From: a virus
Reading direction: 5' to 3' (one strand)
Length of the DNA stretch: 64,000 nucleotides
Virus record (IMG/VR): IMGVR_UViG_3300025316_000011
Span: 1-64,000 of that record
A program made the translations under genes and the position numbers. Shown piece after piece: positions 48,701 to 55,848 of the stretch (position 1 is its first letter; the number at the start of each line of letters is the position of its first letter). A model generated the notes under the pieces. The model was not told the origin of the DNA. It did no database searches and was given only the letters and a program-made list of their open reading frames with translations.

Positions 48701-51426
48701 TCACCACTAAGCATGTCGCTGATAACCTTTTCCTTGTCGGTAGATAAAAGGTTCTGTTTGTTTTCAAATAAGTTTTCTGTGCCTTCGTATGCTTTGGATA
48801 ATCCGGCAACATAACCAACATCGGAATCGGAAAGTACGGGAGCAAACTTCTGCCTGTCTCCCGCCTCCGTAACCAATTTCCCCTTTAAGTCGAGAAATTC
48901 ATTTTGTAAGTCCAACTGCCGGGACATATCAATTTTACTTGATACATCATTTATCATCCCGGTAATCTTTCGTACACTGTTTAACCTTTCAACATCATCG
49001 GTTAATTTACCGGCACCCCTTATTTCTTCCCGTATCTGTTGGACAACGGGAGTTAATGCCTGTTCCTCTGATATAGCCTTCTGGTTGAACTCTTTTCTGC
49101 GGGCAATCTCTTTGTCCACATCGGTAGAGAAAACCTTACTTGCCTCATAGGAACGATTGAGGTTATCATCTTTCAGGTTAGCTTCAAACTTATCCCGCCA
49201 TGCTTTGGATTTACGGTTTTCTTCCGTTATGGGATTTGTGTTCCCTACCGAATTACGGTAATCTTCATCGGTTTTGTCAATCACCGCACCCAACGAGATA
49301 TGATTTGACTTTACAAGGTCGTTATATGCCTTGGAGAAATCCGTTCCGTCCTCTTTGGTGGTAATGTCTTTTATCCTTTGTTTGGCGGTTTCCTGCTGTT
49401 CCTGAATAGCTTTTATCTTTTCAGGGTCGGATTCCGTCTTTAATGCTTCATTCCCCGATTCAATGGTTTTGCCATTAACAATGACATCACGTAGTAACCC
49501 GATATTGTTACCAAAGTTTGACCTTATGGCAGGGTCGGCATACATATTGGAAATCTGATCGGTATATTGAAGTTCCTGAACAAACGCCTGATAACGGGAT
49601 TCATTTTCCGTCATGGCATCGCTGCCTTCGGTAATTGGGTTCCCGTCTTTGTCATGCGTTTCCCTGCCAAAGAAACTTTTATTCTTTAAGTCCTCCGATA
49701 TTTTCAGGGCATCCTGTGTCTTACCTGATGCAGAAATGTTCTCCATGGTAATGTCAGGCATCTTTGAAAACAGTCCCGGAGAATCAAAAGGTTTCCCCCT
49801 TAACGTCTCTACCCCTTTTCTTGCGGCACCTTCGATTGGAGAATAAAGTAATCCGCTGAAAAACCCACTGACGTAACTTGACATCATCTTATTCGGTAAG
49901 CGGTCAATTACGTTTGATATGAAACTCTTGTTGGCATCGTATTTATCAAACTGGCCTTTTCCCGGTGCTGCGTTTGGGTTCTTCGATAATGCACGTAAGT
50001 CATTTAATGTCTGTACCCCGGCTTCTACTGCTGTACCTGATGCCATCATGGTTCCCATCCCGTGTGCGCCAAGTAATAACTTCCCAACGGGTGTCCCGAT
50101 ACCTTTGACAAAACGAAGTTTAAGTTCAGGAGATAATAGAGCAAAATCAGTACCCCATTTAAGACCGTAACTTTTCATCTCGTTTGAAATGAGTTTAGTT
50201 GTCTGTGCCTTTAATTCGGCACCCATAAGTCCTTTCGATAAGAACGTTGGCCCCGTCATAAAAGCGGTTGCGCCAAAAGCGGGTCCGGCTAACATCACCT
50301 GCCATGCTAAATCAGCGGGGTCAACCCCATTTTCTTTTCCCGCTTCGGTATATGAATCCATCCCCATTCCGGTAAATAAGGCAAAGGTGGCGGCACCATG
50401 CGCTGATGCTTCCGCTGCCATCCCCGAACCAAACATACCTGATGCTTCCATTGCTCCCCCTGCACCACGGGTAAGCAGCACAATAGGGATAAGTGACCCT
50501 ATGGAATATGCTGCGGCTGAAAACGAAGAAAACATACTCCCCTGCGCTTCCATGCCAACGGGAATCTGACTACGTTTACTTAAATTCTGAAATACCCTGC
50601 CTTCACGTTCTAACCATGAGTTACTGTCTTTTCCCGTGGTCATAAAGTCAATGAACTTATTGCTCTGTTCCATGACGGAACCTACCATAGATTGAACACC
50701 TACAAGTCCATTATATACCCCTTTGAGTAGCGCACCATACCAGTTCTCCGTCATTGACTGCGGTCCCCATGAGGATGCTATCTGACTACGAAGGACCTTT
50801 GGGTCGTCTGCCGCCACGTTACGGTAAATGGAGTTTCCGTACTCATCCTGGTCTATGATACGTACCTTTGATGGGTCGTCTCCCTGTAACAACGGAGCCA
50901 ATGAAGGAATAAGTGGTGAACCAATGCCAATAGGGACATTGGCTAACTTCTGTAAAAACCCCGGAGGAGAGTAGGGTACTTTCTTCCCGTCGGTGTCAAC
51001 GACAAAACCTTTTGAAGCTGCCAACTCGTCACGGGTAGCGATAATCCTACCGTATTTGTCAACCCCTTCCGGCATCCCACCTGTGACGCTTTCATCGTAT
51101 TCGGGTGTCTTTAATTCAGGTTTGTCGTATTGCCAGAAAGGGGCTACGCTGCCATTGTATTTAGTGGTAGCATATCCTCCGTAGGAATCATGTGCCTTTT
51201 GGTAAACTTCGTGGAATTTGTCTTTAGTGATACCTTCGAGCATCCCTCCTTTTGAGGCATATTTCTCGAAAGACTTGTCCTCCGGCAAAAGGGTAAAAGT
51301 GTAACCATTTTCCCGTGCATGAGTAGCCATGTCCTCATGGGTAAAACCTCCGGCAAACATCGGGAGGAAATCTCTTTTTTCAACTTCTTTTTTTTCAGGA
51401 GTTATGGTAGGTTGAGTATCTTCCAC
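36772..51426 (-). CDS. 4884-aa giant polyvalent virion cargo/DNA-ejection protein
   Basis: N-terminal Gly/Ala hydrophobic helices; SF1 helicase motifs (GGDSGTGKST, IIIDESQ, LGDIRQ, YTATGRA); two HExxH motifs (HEFFH, HELQH); FYS...GVK.DEL...DEIQSDW module typical of polyvalent proteins. Confidence 0.85.
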   Translation of the reverse strand: MEDTQPTITPEKKEVEKRDFLPMFAGGFTHEDMATHARENGYTFTLLPEDKSFEKYASKGGMLEGITKDKFHEVYQKAHDSYGGYATTKYNGSVAPFWQYDKPELKTPEYDESVTGGMPEGVDKYGRIIATRDELAASKGFVVDTDGKKVPYSPPGFLQKLANVPIGIGSPLIPSLAPLLQGDDPSKVRIIDQDEYGNSIYRNVAADDPKVLRSQIASSWGPQSMTENWYGALLKGVYNGLVGVQSMVGSVMEQSNKFIDFMTTGKDSNSWLEREGRVFQNLSKRSQIPVGMEAQGSMFSSFSAAAYSIGSLIPIVLLTRGAGGAMEASGMFGSGMAAEASAHGAATFALFTGMGMDSYTEAGKENGVDPADLAWQVMLAGPAFGATAFMTGPTFLSKGLMGAELKAQTTKLISNEMKSYGLKWGTDFALLSPELKLRFVKGIGTPVGKLLLGAHGMGTMMASGTAVEAGVQTLNDLRALSKNPNAAPGKGQFDKYDANKSFISNVIDRLPNKMMSSYVSGFFSGLLYSPIEGAARKGVETLRGKPFDSPGLFSKMPDITMENISASGKTQDALKISEDLKNKSFFGRETHDKDGNPITEGSDAMTENESRYQAFVQELQYTDQISNMYADPAIRSNFGNNIGLLRDVIVNGKTIESGNEALKTESDPEKIKAIQEQQETAKQRIKDITTKEDGTDFSKAYNDLVKSNHISLGAVIDKTDEDYRNSVGNTNPITEENRKSKAWRDKFEANLKDDNLNRSYEASKVFSTDVDKEIARRKEFNQKAISEEQALTPVVQQIREEIRGAGKLTDDVERLNSVRKITGMINDVSSKIDMSRQLDLQNEFLDLKGKLVTEAGDRQKFAPVLSDSDVGYVAGLSKAYEGTENLFENKQNLLSTDKEKVISDMLSGDIANDITSDNPLSISNMSFSDTSEPTVIRQKIKDLQDKVEKNKMIVRSAYLLGAKDELKPHLSPNDITLSEDQGNKHLNLLNRYYSILRLYDDLNESKLNNHNDKYFIQGIDKAKRDLENIAQGIVSVMPEYNDLVKAIPSIPEAWKEMKYTLSDGERKKLHEANRQIVEIKSRLFELQDKIIDSPEFEAFISDLVLHRHMQGIEDTYLNTQFYDNKEYKSSLDALYQLKPGDDYLTRKGGTSVGYINTINSLIETFGVHAKSMELARLKAFTETGESVDPLIQGAQSLAFSFMVNDNGNAHKILGKVVEAESKYLTTWKGVGIQAEVDAMNRVFMDNSIFIGGDSGTGKSTSFLKGLYDLHSYYSEEPFSKDVVAIGVSVGNEKSLGEGLSGIKPEYLRLEDVLNSPDLIERVKRADHIIIDESQRLSDNDIILIKNHFGKSGTILFLGDIRQGTDNISKVGAKSLTLTERKNNNNPLVNVLHDVFRGIGDAMPNGFVDENGNGIQYFKDAKGVVDAFYADPSGEKALILNPLDYEDLTEEEKKNPNIFVLDKDIQDNGETPKSIRGSIFKKVYIGFERNGNDADYYTATGRASDFVALPDRKADDLNKGRKEDVSWVETPAQLPDDLLKRYYDREIDRLRTVTGDQTTGVKPVEPVKGKTDPDQILPVTVKPTAGDVFKTIDPKGYARIVSVGKDGISLKVVVADTEAEVKAINIDDPLLKPSKMDISGISYIDTNHRDKYVPKPVGKVAKGKTSAFAETGESYAYTHYTFGSDVSAEDHTTKQDITKHIHALSAYFNPELVYLRSQDMTDPLGNKVTMNDVLSVRFTFKDGAKKAEFLDQLKRSTGSRLSEKAFAEIEKSVNETGELPEKFRYLMMLDQPHKGLSEDHNAALKDLITEGRGKFSNDPVVLSNNIPLGDDYKVYSVTGKNQDGRTKYIPVSELIGKMEGKVVFGNMATAKNIYEKGTMRQKLIIQYDPVAIISESNYIILRTLKMSEVAAAEGKSIADILKAWKDTDTYLTQNGEMDGTMLFNFIHNNRAQFKNKEIGKIIGDFGKWEYDTAAAGYRLKLKKEFANKEGYAKMFDRIIERSSELGNVELPFDKAYGLSDILSGRAGTFLTNTLDLLPHTSVFINDIKPGEVVQAGPESNPPVTFGKGEGSAEEAINFVNQEKEKIKADKNEKVPAKEYKEFVDNNVVSDKRLNTIADKLFAGETLTTREQSIRAARTSEVESLLQDRKNDSENISEEQFPQWAVESKYATPNDLIAAYDQVVLTSQSGLQPWQERLEAEQFSYKSYVRFGDENTLKVEQKSGRKKGQFKKKHPIEKNWLLDKSNDTNLKGIDLFVNEENEGYNSNITPDDVIDFINSNPDKSVFKDKVPEIQKEISRKYKEKTGMSINEGKKRIKAAYAEIPDFATLDTFVKHNGIDISTATKEELLSSIEANKDQFQGFPFSEESYNNLYKYLSDEKTVLEVYPKSNLGNEGGAPADGNGEENGPIFEESRETDTRRISRETLNTWLDSNVHPDIAADIRESLDKHGIGFLNIDGKQVFGYLHNGRIRLEMQRDGIVYTSPKHEFFHMVYNYFLDEPSKGIIMNESKTAMKRYSPQWRGKKITDLQAEEWIAHYIGKTGIEKPFEKKEKSPWYTPKGIFQAFMDMVNKMFGRYQPDMKHIDNLIYDIDHGRFKDQMPDLSRKATRTELDPSKEVNKVLTNIEHHAMDEFGGGKPYHDLFLDRYFKKSIGEKAIDLNGTDYHLYSAKDRQEYVEGFDKYQSWLKGIADMPKNVAIGELEKIGVRNPGEFYDSITDNMFVRSFRGNSLISETDPKTVEFLQDEFKRLPEDLQSKYAYQILLTNGLESKQGSAINIIPKEFYDKPNGLHEQSTAFGRYLDGIGNDQNEYSRLSTEMKAYAGGEGYKRYPHGGFDSEKTTTDGTMSNTSTVKPLSPYLDVINGFYSPVEKAVLDIKAEKLTGNKWLEQLRSRGVKGDELTYTGLDDMLKANPSKTFSRGEIQQWMKDNRIDIREVSKGDNEVKLQEEYDLIINAKNAIFSRVERDSNYTHFADEIWGDVDHFIKNGGEKPTYIPEKAFDQLVKLELRNNEIRTKLTSKEEREKSQTKYSAYQLPGDKENYKEVLITLPPKEPTTDELQQMAFVQYNVPYDELNDAQQRNTRSYVLASRDFYYRSSHFDEHNILAHLRLSTRVDVNGKKVLFVDEIQSDWGQKGKKEGFKEPNSITELPTGFIVEPPTKFEDYWKITAPKGYDRATQDFVFDSGNTKEEAIKNALETLNKDANKSKHTHAPFVTETTAWTKLGLKVALKQAIKEGAESISWTTGEQQNERYDLSKKINEIHYSGSNLKAYDHDGNTVIERTGVQPKDLPDIIGKDVAEKLMAQEPKGTLRSLTGQDIKVGGKGMIGFYGSPAEGKLGIVGQVAEGLWGKGSVKTKDIGTKRLINENDFTDSFVVKSPHTGDYQLRAWNDDVLSTIPIDVGNQLSKEAIQKTLQEIAIESERKINGSTTQHSIDITPKMRDEVAQGLPLFQKPIDLNKIQDNRVVQQSFEILLDKIKGQFEQLNFIKEDSDSLREKGISPTARGYVDGQGIHYNIDKVTSSTGVHELQHIWNAVYKSRNPEKYAEFENYVKDAISQGGNDVAKLSEQIKITYPELDGQQHIDEVMATMGGFTSIPAVERFLRESDSKIPETDKTFATRIYENVKRYVTELWNGLKGILGLKDGFDIGNPDLEKFFKDFTNQVLKGDKFTFTPDEMKVIDKMGKAESRSAKMPVLDISDLTLHLASDHADSLRFSKLTPEEVTDEIFNEVKKTGVNARGNYYYNEGTHQTVFPADKYDTDEKLKEAIHNQVTPKYPMIDGKVPELIQNFISFANTPIGLSATHNSKQATISDIASTVGLKDYNPQVLKTLINLLGIEQGAMDVVRYSQLPEHADPRFRSLYKDDLKGYDPIVVVHGFDKNGKADVSIFDVTSYGQGTDAVIGRQRNILGDIMDDKKYRKLGGPAEYNDSMYSYRKLMIGMQALGMDATFRKLSVIETRKNSVKPYQVNSIEDIGKILDILKAQPEFMDMVGSITIRGIIQNKRIENDKLRTPFINQLSEYLSNQEEMMDPYEEFDTKRESVVARRDLLTKGSKQAKIKALTEWQRVLDHKIGSDTEKFADPIYQLVSATLDELKRPGTGFGHIETANQIADIKGGGLENIPSPLVQRSSFIQASAGAMQMSIERTVSAYWKYHEKIFPLLEKVVAQHGIKAQPFVGTAGNLYFDHLYKDMDVVAGKDLTYGGKSYKKGDKVTVRGTVLHMDKNDPETKPLYDKGKITDADLELTNAMYDEMRKRTIADIYWQHQFTEIGSEHDDLNISEFTWEDAEQQFNDMNSRAPKGHIPVIDKSANEMLMQGKFKEGLKKYFDNIQAPDQIFTDVTKDKSMTKLFSSINQQMLDPSKTHEKIGLVEVRDGNTSHFELFDPDLNEKASHDIEKIGNYFMLKGIRDEMIGNEFLPEYNTQMALMTGWENSNNVNLRHTREFMEEYFNRYVNKQNADKRDNGGTIDVPLIGPVETADVANTAMRGMTNILLMYRFVTAPKVLIAGAFKSTVNAIAQSAANIGMPEELRSEILPTMADHLKAAGKMFSNRRKVWAIARKFHYWNQTEDSLLHSPMENLSVKKNALSAAWGMLPDNSVDQTMRVHSLVSQLIHNGAWEAYSVDAKSGDLAWDRFKDKRYFNSDGSQSAKQKAMYNALTERLKSQGEMSDSDIIPDRGDDWDIVNNHYKWYASQFVYVGIDDATKALMTNGWKGKMVGMFRMFMMPHLNNLGVNAKTGETIGGGRWVPYLDEEGNTMTKWEMNIMEGHFQSWRHVIHDLRDFKNMKDPLKYWQSLPTHRRINLGRSLVYAGALAGLVYFIGTLTKKDQQKYSYLYSELMLGYASEEWMKNPIPILGTTLRLTEVGLGQKKFSVLAGTLGVYGGYKRAVALTTP

Positions 51427-51437
51427 GGTAGTTTAGT

Positions 51438-53330
51438 TTAATATTTGCCTTGGTTACTGTATTGGTCCATTGCTTGCTGCTTGGCCTTTCTTTCTGCTTC
51501 ATCTCTTGCCTCAATCGCACGTTGTGTACCCTTGGCATATTCTTTGTTTTCAAACTGAATAAGCGTTTCCGGCTTTACTGGCATATCCAACGGAATGATC
51601 TTATATTCCTGTTTGCCTTTTTTACCTCCGGCAAATTCATCGTACCATACTGATTCATATTGCCCTTTGTCAACACCTGATTCTATGTTTACTCCCTGAA
51701 TGCGTTTAAGGTTTTTAAAGAAAGGACTATCCGCAGGGACAGCCATACGGACCCTTACGGTAGGAACCACGGCACGCCTTAAATTATCAATAGGCTTTTT
51801 TACGTCCATAAGGTCAAGGGTCTTTCCCCCGTCTTTTGATTCAGGTATGAAGTTTTCCTGAACCTCCCCTGAAATCCCTACAATACGGGCATGGGAACCT
51901 TCAAAGATAGACATGGAATTTGGTGCGCCATCGGGAGAATAAAAGAAGTTCATACCCTTTGAGAAATAGTCAGGCATGATACCCCCTTCATGGGTCATAA
52001 ATGAAGTTGCATTGTTATTAAACTCTGTGATGTTACTCAATGGGACTTCCCAACGATTAAGTTGTAATTCTTCCTTTGTCTTTACGTCAACAAACTTTTC
52101 AGTTCCTCCAGAAGGTCTTAATGTTCCACCTTCCTTATATGCTATTTCAGATGGTCCTGACGGTTTTGATTCACCTGTAAGTATTTTAGTAAAACCACCC
52201 TTAACTACGTTTCCTTCTCCCGTCCCTGCATCTTTAACTTTGATATGTTCGGTAGCATCCGTTACGGTTGTTCTGCCGGGAATTTCAGATAATATAAGGT
52301 CTTTACCGTAACCCTTAATCATATCGTTTAACCGTTCCTTTTCGTTACGGTCAAGTTTCTGCATATTCAAAAGTTTGGAAACGATACCGGATTCTTCTTT
52401 GTTGAAGGTAAAAACCCCTTTATCGTTATCCATCGAGAACCCTATATTGCCATCCTTTGTCTGCCTTGCATGGAGTAGTTTCTCATAGAATTTACTTGTA
52501 AGGTCAAGTCGGGCAGGTTCCGTCATGTTTTCCATCATGTTATTCGCTGCATCCCTCAACTTATGTGCATCGGTGCTGCGAGTAAGTACGTTGATATAAC
52601 TCATGTTTTCAGTTCCATAGACGGGAATTACTACCTGCGGTGCATAAGTTACTTTACCATTGGCATCGGTAACGGGAATAGGTACAGATTCTTTACTTTT
52701 ACCTGCTTTACCATATTCTTTATCAACAAACTTATTCCATGAACCTGTGTAGTTGATTTTGGTATCTAATCCCGTGTGAACAGGCATACCTGACTTTTCC
52801 CCCGGTGCATAATCAAAACCTCTTACCGCTTCGATATGGGTAAGCCATCCTGGACCTCCCTCTTTGTCCCCAATGACAGGCATATAAACACCGTTATCAT
52901 CGGTAAGTGCGATACTGTTTGCGGTGCTTTCATCTCCACCTTCTACAAGGGCTTTTTCGTAACCTTTGGACTGAATGTAGTTTTGCTTATACAGGCTGGA
53001 TTCCGCCTGTAACTTCATTTTCTGCTGGTCAATATCCATCAATTCCTTGTTCCACTCCCGCTGCATATCGGATGAAGGGATATTCTGTGACTTGGAGAAG
53101 TATTCCATCATCTTACTCCTAAGACCTTGTTCCCGTCCCGATAAGGATGATTGCTTTTCAAGGTAATACATTTTCTGACCGGGAAGCATATCTTCGTCAG
53201 CATGTTCCTCTTTGTATTGTTCCTTTTGGTAAAAGTCAGGCTGTGATGATTGCCTTAACTGCTTCATCTCGTCAGCCTGACCTTCTACCTGTGGATTTCG
53301 CTGCGGAGCCGGGAGTACCTGCCATGCCAT
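51438..53330 (-). CDS. virion cargo/ejection protein
   Basis: 630 aa with an N-terminal coiled coil; located directly upstream of the giant cargo gene. Confidence 0.6.
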   Translation of the reverse strand: MAWQVLPAPQRNPQVEGQADEMKQLRQSSQPDFYQKEQYKEEHADEDMLPGQKMYYLEKQSSLSGREQGLRSKMMEYFSKSQNIPSSDMQREWNKELMDIDQQKMKLQAESSLYKQNYIQSKGYEKALVEGGDESTANSIALTDDNGVYMPVIGDKEGGPGWLTHIEAVRGFDYAPGEKSGMPVHTGLDTKINYTGSWNKFVDKEYGKAGKSKESVPIPVTDANGKVTYAPQVVIPVYGTENMSYINVLTRSTDAHKLRDAANNMMENMTEPARLDLTSKFYEKLLHARQTKDGNIGFSMDNDKGVFTFNKEESGIVSKLLNMQKLDRNEKERLNDMIKGYGKDLILSEIPGRTTVTDATEHIKVKDAGTGEGNVVKGGFTKILTGESKPSGPSEIAYKEGGTLRPSGGTEKFVDVKTKEELQLNRWEVPLSNITEFNNNATSFMTHEGGIMPDYFSKGMNFFYSPDGAPNSMSIFEGSHARIVGISGEVQENFIPESKDGGKTLDLMDVKKPIDNLRRAVVPTVRVRMAVPADSPFFKNLKRIQGVNIESGVDKGQYESVWYDEFAGGKKGKQEYKIIPLDMPVKPETLIQFENKEYAKGTQRAIEARDEAERKAKQQAMDQYSNQGKY

Positions 53331-53345
53331 ATTCCGAAGTGTTAA

Positions 53346-53762
53346 TTAGTTCTTTAACGATAATGGTTTTTCACCTTTAATGGCTTTGGCTTTTTCCTCT
53401 ACTTTGAATTTTAATGATTGTGTTTCTTCTGCGGTCGGGGTGCATTTGCCTAAGATAAGAGCATAACGGATACATGGATAATCAATACCATCCATGATAA
53501 CATACTCTGTCCCACGTTCGAGGATTTCCCCCGGAAGATAAACAATATCCCCTTTTTTAATGTCCATGTCGTATTTGATACCTCCATTCATGTAGTAAGG
53601 AGAAACATACATTACTAATCCCCGATAGGGATGATCTTTGAAATTACCCTTTGATGCGTAAGGCAGTTGAGTATTAGGATTGATAAGTGGGCTTGATGTT
53701 GTTGGTTCGGTGTATATGGGTTTCACCACTACGTAACCATTTAAAGGCTGATACTCTGTCAT
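53346..53762 (-). CDS. co-chaperonin GroES (Cpn10)-like protein
   Basis: YQPLNGYVVVKP...RGLVMYVSP...IKKGDIVYLP...DGIDY...ILG. Confidence 0.8.
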   Translation of the reverse strand: MTEYQPLNGYVVVKPIYTEPTTSSPLINPNTQLPYASKGNFKDHPYRGLVMYVSPYYMNGGIKYDMDIKKGDIVYLPGEILERGTEYVIMDGIDYPCIRYALILGKCTPTAEETQSLKFKVEEKAKAIKGEKPLSLKN

Positions 53763-53785
53763 ATTTCTTTAGTTTTATGTTGCTG

Positions 53786-53817
53786 CAAATATATACTTTT
53801 ACTATATTAAAGTCAAC
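53786..53817 (-). promoter_or_regulatory. Bacteroidota sigma70-type promoter upstream of GroES and cargo genes
   Basis: - strand gTTG, 20-nt spacer, TATATTTG. Confidence 0.65.
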
Positions 53818-53832
53818 AAAGTTAGAAAATAA

Positions 53833-55845
53833 TTATTTCCTCATATACATATCCGCCATCAATTTTGAATAGACCGCATCCTTCATCCTCTGCTTTTGTT
53901 TGAGGTCGTCATATTCAACCGGACCGTAGATTAGGTTCACTAAAGCCTTGTATCTTTCAGTATCTTGGAGACCTGCGGTTTTAAGTCTTTCCAATTCCAA
54001 GGTAGCGTTCTTCGTGGCTACATCGGCATCCATGGCTGACTGCGTAAGGCTAAACTGATTAGAAGTCCGTGCGTTTTCCGATTGAGCCTTTGTCTCCATT
54101 TCAGCATTAATCCCGGCATACTGCTCCCCGACTTTATTGGTGGCTTCGATACCAGAAGCGATAAGGCTTGGTATCATGTCGGTTCTGCCTGTTTGGGTAA
54201 GTTTCTCCACCCCTGCGTTTATCTGCCTTCCTACTTCGTCTAAAGTAGCTTTTGGGTTCTGATAGCGGGGTGTTACCATTGTGGGAGTTCCGGCAGGAGT
54301 ATTAGGTACTCTTACCTGTTGAGGTTTGGGTTGAAGAATGGTAATCAGGTTGGCGGCTACATCCCCTAACATTTTCTTTTCAGCATATCCAAATTTAAAC
54401 TTACTACCTGTTTCAGTTGTTTTAGACAAATCAGGAGGATTCATCAGAGATTCAGGGTCCATTGTTTGGGGATCTTCTTTTTGAGGGAATAGTCCGCCTG
54501 ATTTCGCAATATCATCCCATCCCGATAATGCCATGTCGGGGGTATCTTCAAACGTTGCATGTGGAGGTGTCTTAGGTGCAAAACCTGCCACATTTTCATC
54601 ATATTTCCAATTAGGGAATGTCCCTAATCCCTTTGTTTTTCCACTAAGATCAAAAGCAGGATTCTCATATTTCCCTAATCCAATACCACTTGTCTTTAAT
54701 TTACCTAATCCGATATTACTTTTAAAATCCCCTCCCGTGTCGGAGGTCCCTGTCCCCAAATCTCCCCTTACTCCTTTTTCAATAGGCACTTCATTGACGG
54801 GGCTTTTACTTGTCGGTGCGCCTGTAAATGGATTTTTGCCTTCCTTTACCAACTGCTTCATCCTTTCTGTATTCGGATGTGCATTACTCGATGTCCCAAA
54901 CAGTGCGGAGAAATTAACAAGTCCTGTGTGTGGATTGAAAAATTCATCCCCATCTGGTGGATTATCTGCTCCGTTGACTGCTTTGCCAACACCATTGACA
55001 TTTGGGATGCTATCGAGAATGGATTTTAATGTTTCCCCTGAATTAAGTCTCCCCTGTTGATCTTTGTTTAGAATGGCATGGTTCTTAGGTAACTTTAAAT
55101 CAATCCCGCCTTGAGCATGTGACGGGCCTACAAGCGGCTTTTTGCTTATGATCTTATGGTTGTTATCAAATTCAACAACGATTTCTCCACCTTCGGCTTC
55201 AACGGGTGCGGAACCTGACTTGTTTTTGCCCCCATTTTTAAGAACAGGTTCTTCAAACGTGGCTTCCTTTGGAGTAGAAGGAGATAAGGCTTCCGTTGTC
55301 CCTGGTGCATCCATAACGGTCGAAGTAGGTCCCCCAATCAATGATGTGCTACCTGATCCCGGCAATGCGTTTTGAGTAAATGCGGGAGACGAACCACCTA
55401 CCGATGCCCCATTTTGTAATACAGAAGAAGTCATTCCCGCCCCTTCAAATGCACCTGCGCTATTTAATCCACCAACAACGGATGATGCTGCGCTTGCAAC
55501 ACCCATAACGGTATTATGGGTCTGCTCCATACCGTTGATTTTGTCAACCTGCTTTGGGTCGAGTTCTGTCCCGTTGATAAGGCTTACGTCACGATATGCT
55601 CCCGCCACTTTCCCCAAAGAACTCCCTGCGGCATTCTGCGATACTGCGGTTTTACCCGATCTCCGGTATAACTTTTTTTTGGCTTTGTCGGCGGCACTCC
55701 CGGCAGCAAAACCATATATGCCTCCTGCCACGGCACCTACTCCAGCACCTATTAATGTCCCCACTCCTGGAATTACAGACCCTATCGTTCCACCTACGGC
55801 AGCACCCGTTACGGCATCGCTACCTGCTGTTCCCCATTTATCCAT
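53833..55845 (-). CDS. crAss-like cargo protein with a glycine-zipper N-terminus
   Basis: GAAVGGTIGSVIPGVGTLIGAGVGAVAG zipper; EAEGGE...GPSHAQGG domain; Q/A-rich helical C-terminus; follows the muzzle gene. Confidence 0.75.
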   Translation of the reverse strand: MDKWGTAGSDAVTGAAVGGTIGSVIPGVGTLIGAGVGAVAGGIYGFAAGSAADKAKKKLYRRSGKTAVSQNAAGSSLGKVAGAYRDVSLINGTELDPKQVDKINGMEQTHNTVMGVASAASSVVGGLNSAGAFEGAGMTSSVLQNGASVGGSSPAFTQNALPGSGSTSLIGGPTSTVMDAPGTTEALSPSTPKEATFEEPVLKNGGKNKSGSAPVEAEGGEIVVEFDNNHKIISKKPLVGPSHAQGGIDLKLPKNHAILNKDQQGRLNSGETLKSILDSIPNVNGVGKAVNGADNPPDGDEFFNPHTGLVNFSALFGTSSNAHPNTERMKQLVKEGKNPFTGAPTSKSPVNEVPIEKGVRGDLGTGTSDTGGDFKSNIGLGKLKTSGIGLGKYENPAFDLSGKTKGLGTFPNWKYDENVAGFAPKTPPHATFEDTPDMALSGWDDIAKSGGLFPQKEDPQTMDPESLMNPPDLSKTTETGSKFKFGYAEKKMLGDVAANLITILQPKPQQVRVPNTPAGTPTMVTPRYQNPKATLDEVGRQINAGVEKLTQTGRTDMIPSLIASGIEATNKVGEQYAGINAEMETKAQSENARTSNQFSLTQSAMDADVATKNATLELERLKTAGLQDTERYKALVNLIYGPVEYDDLKQKQRMKDAVYSKLMADMYMRK

Positions 55846-55848
55846 AGC

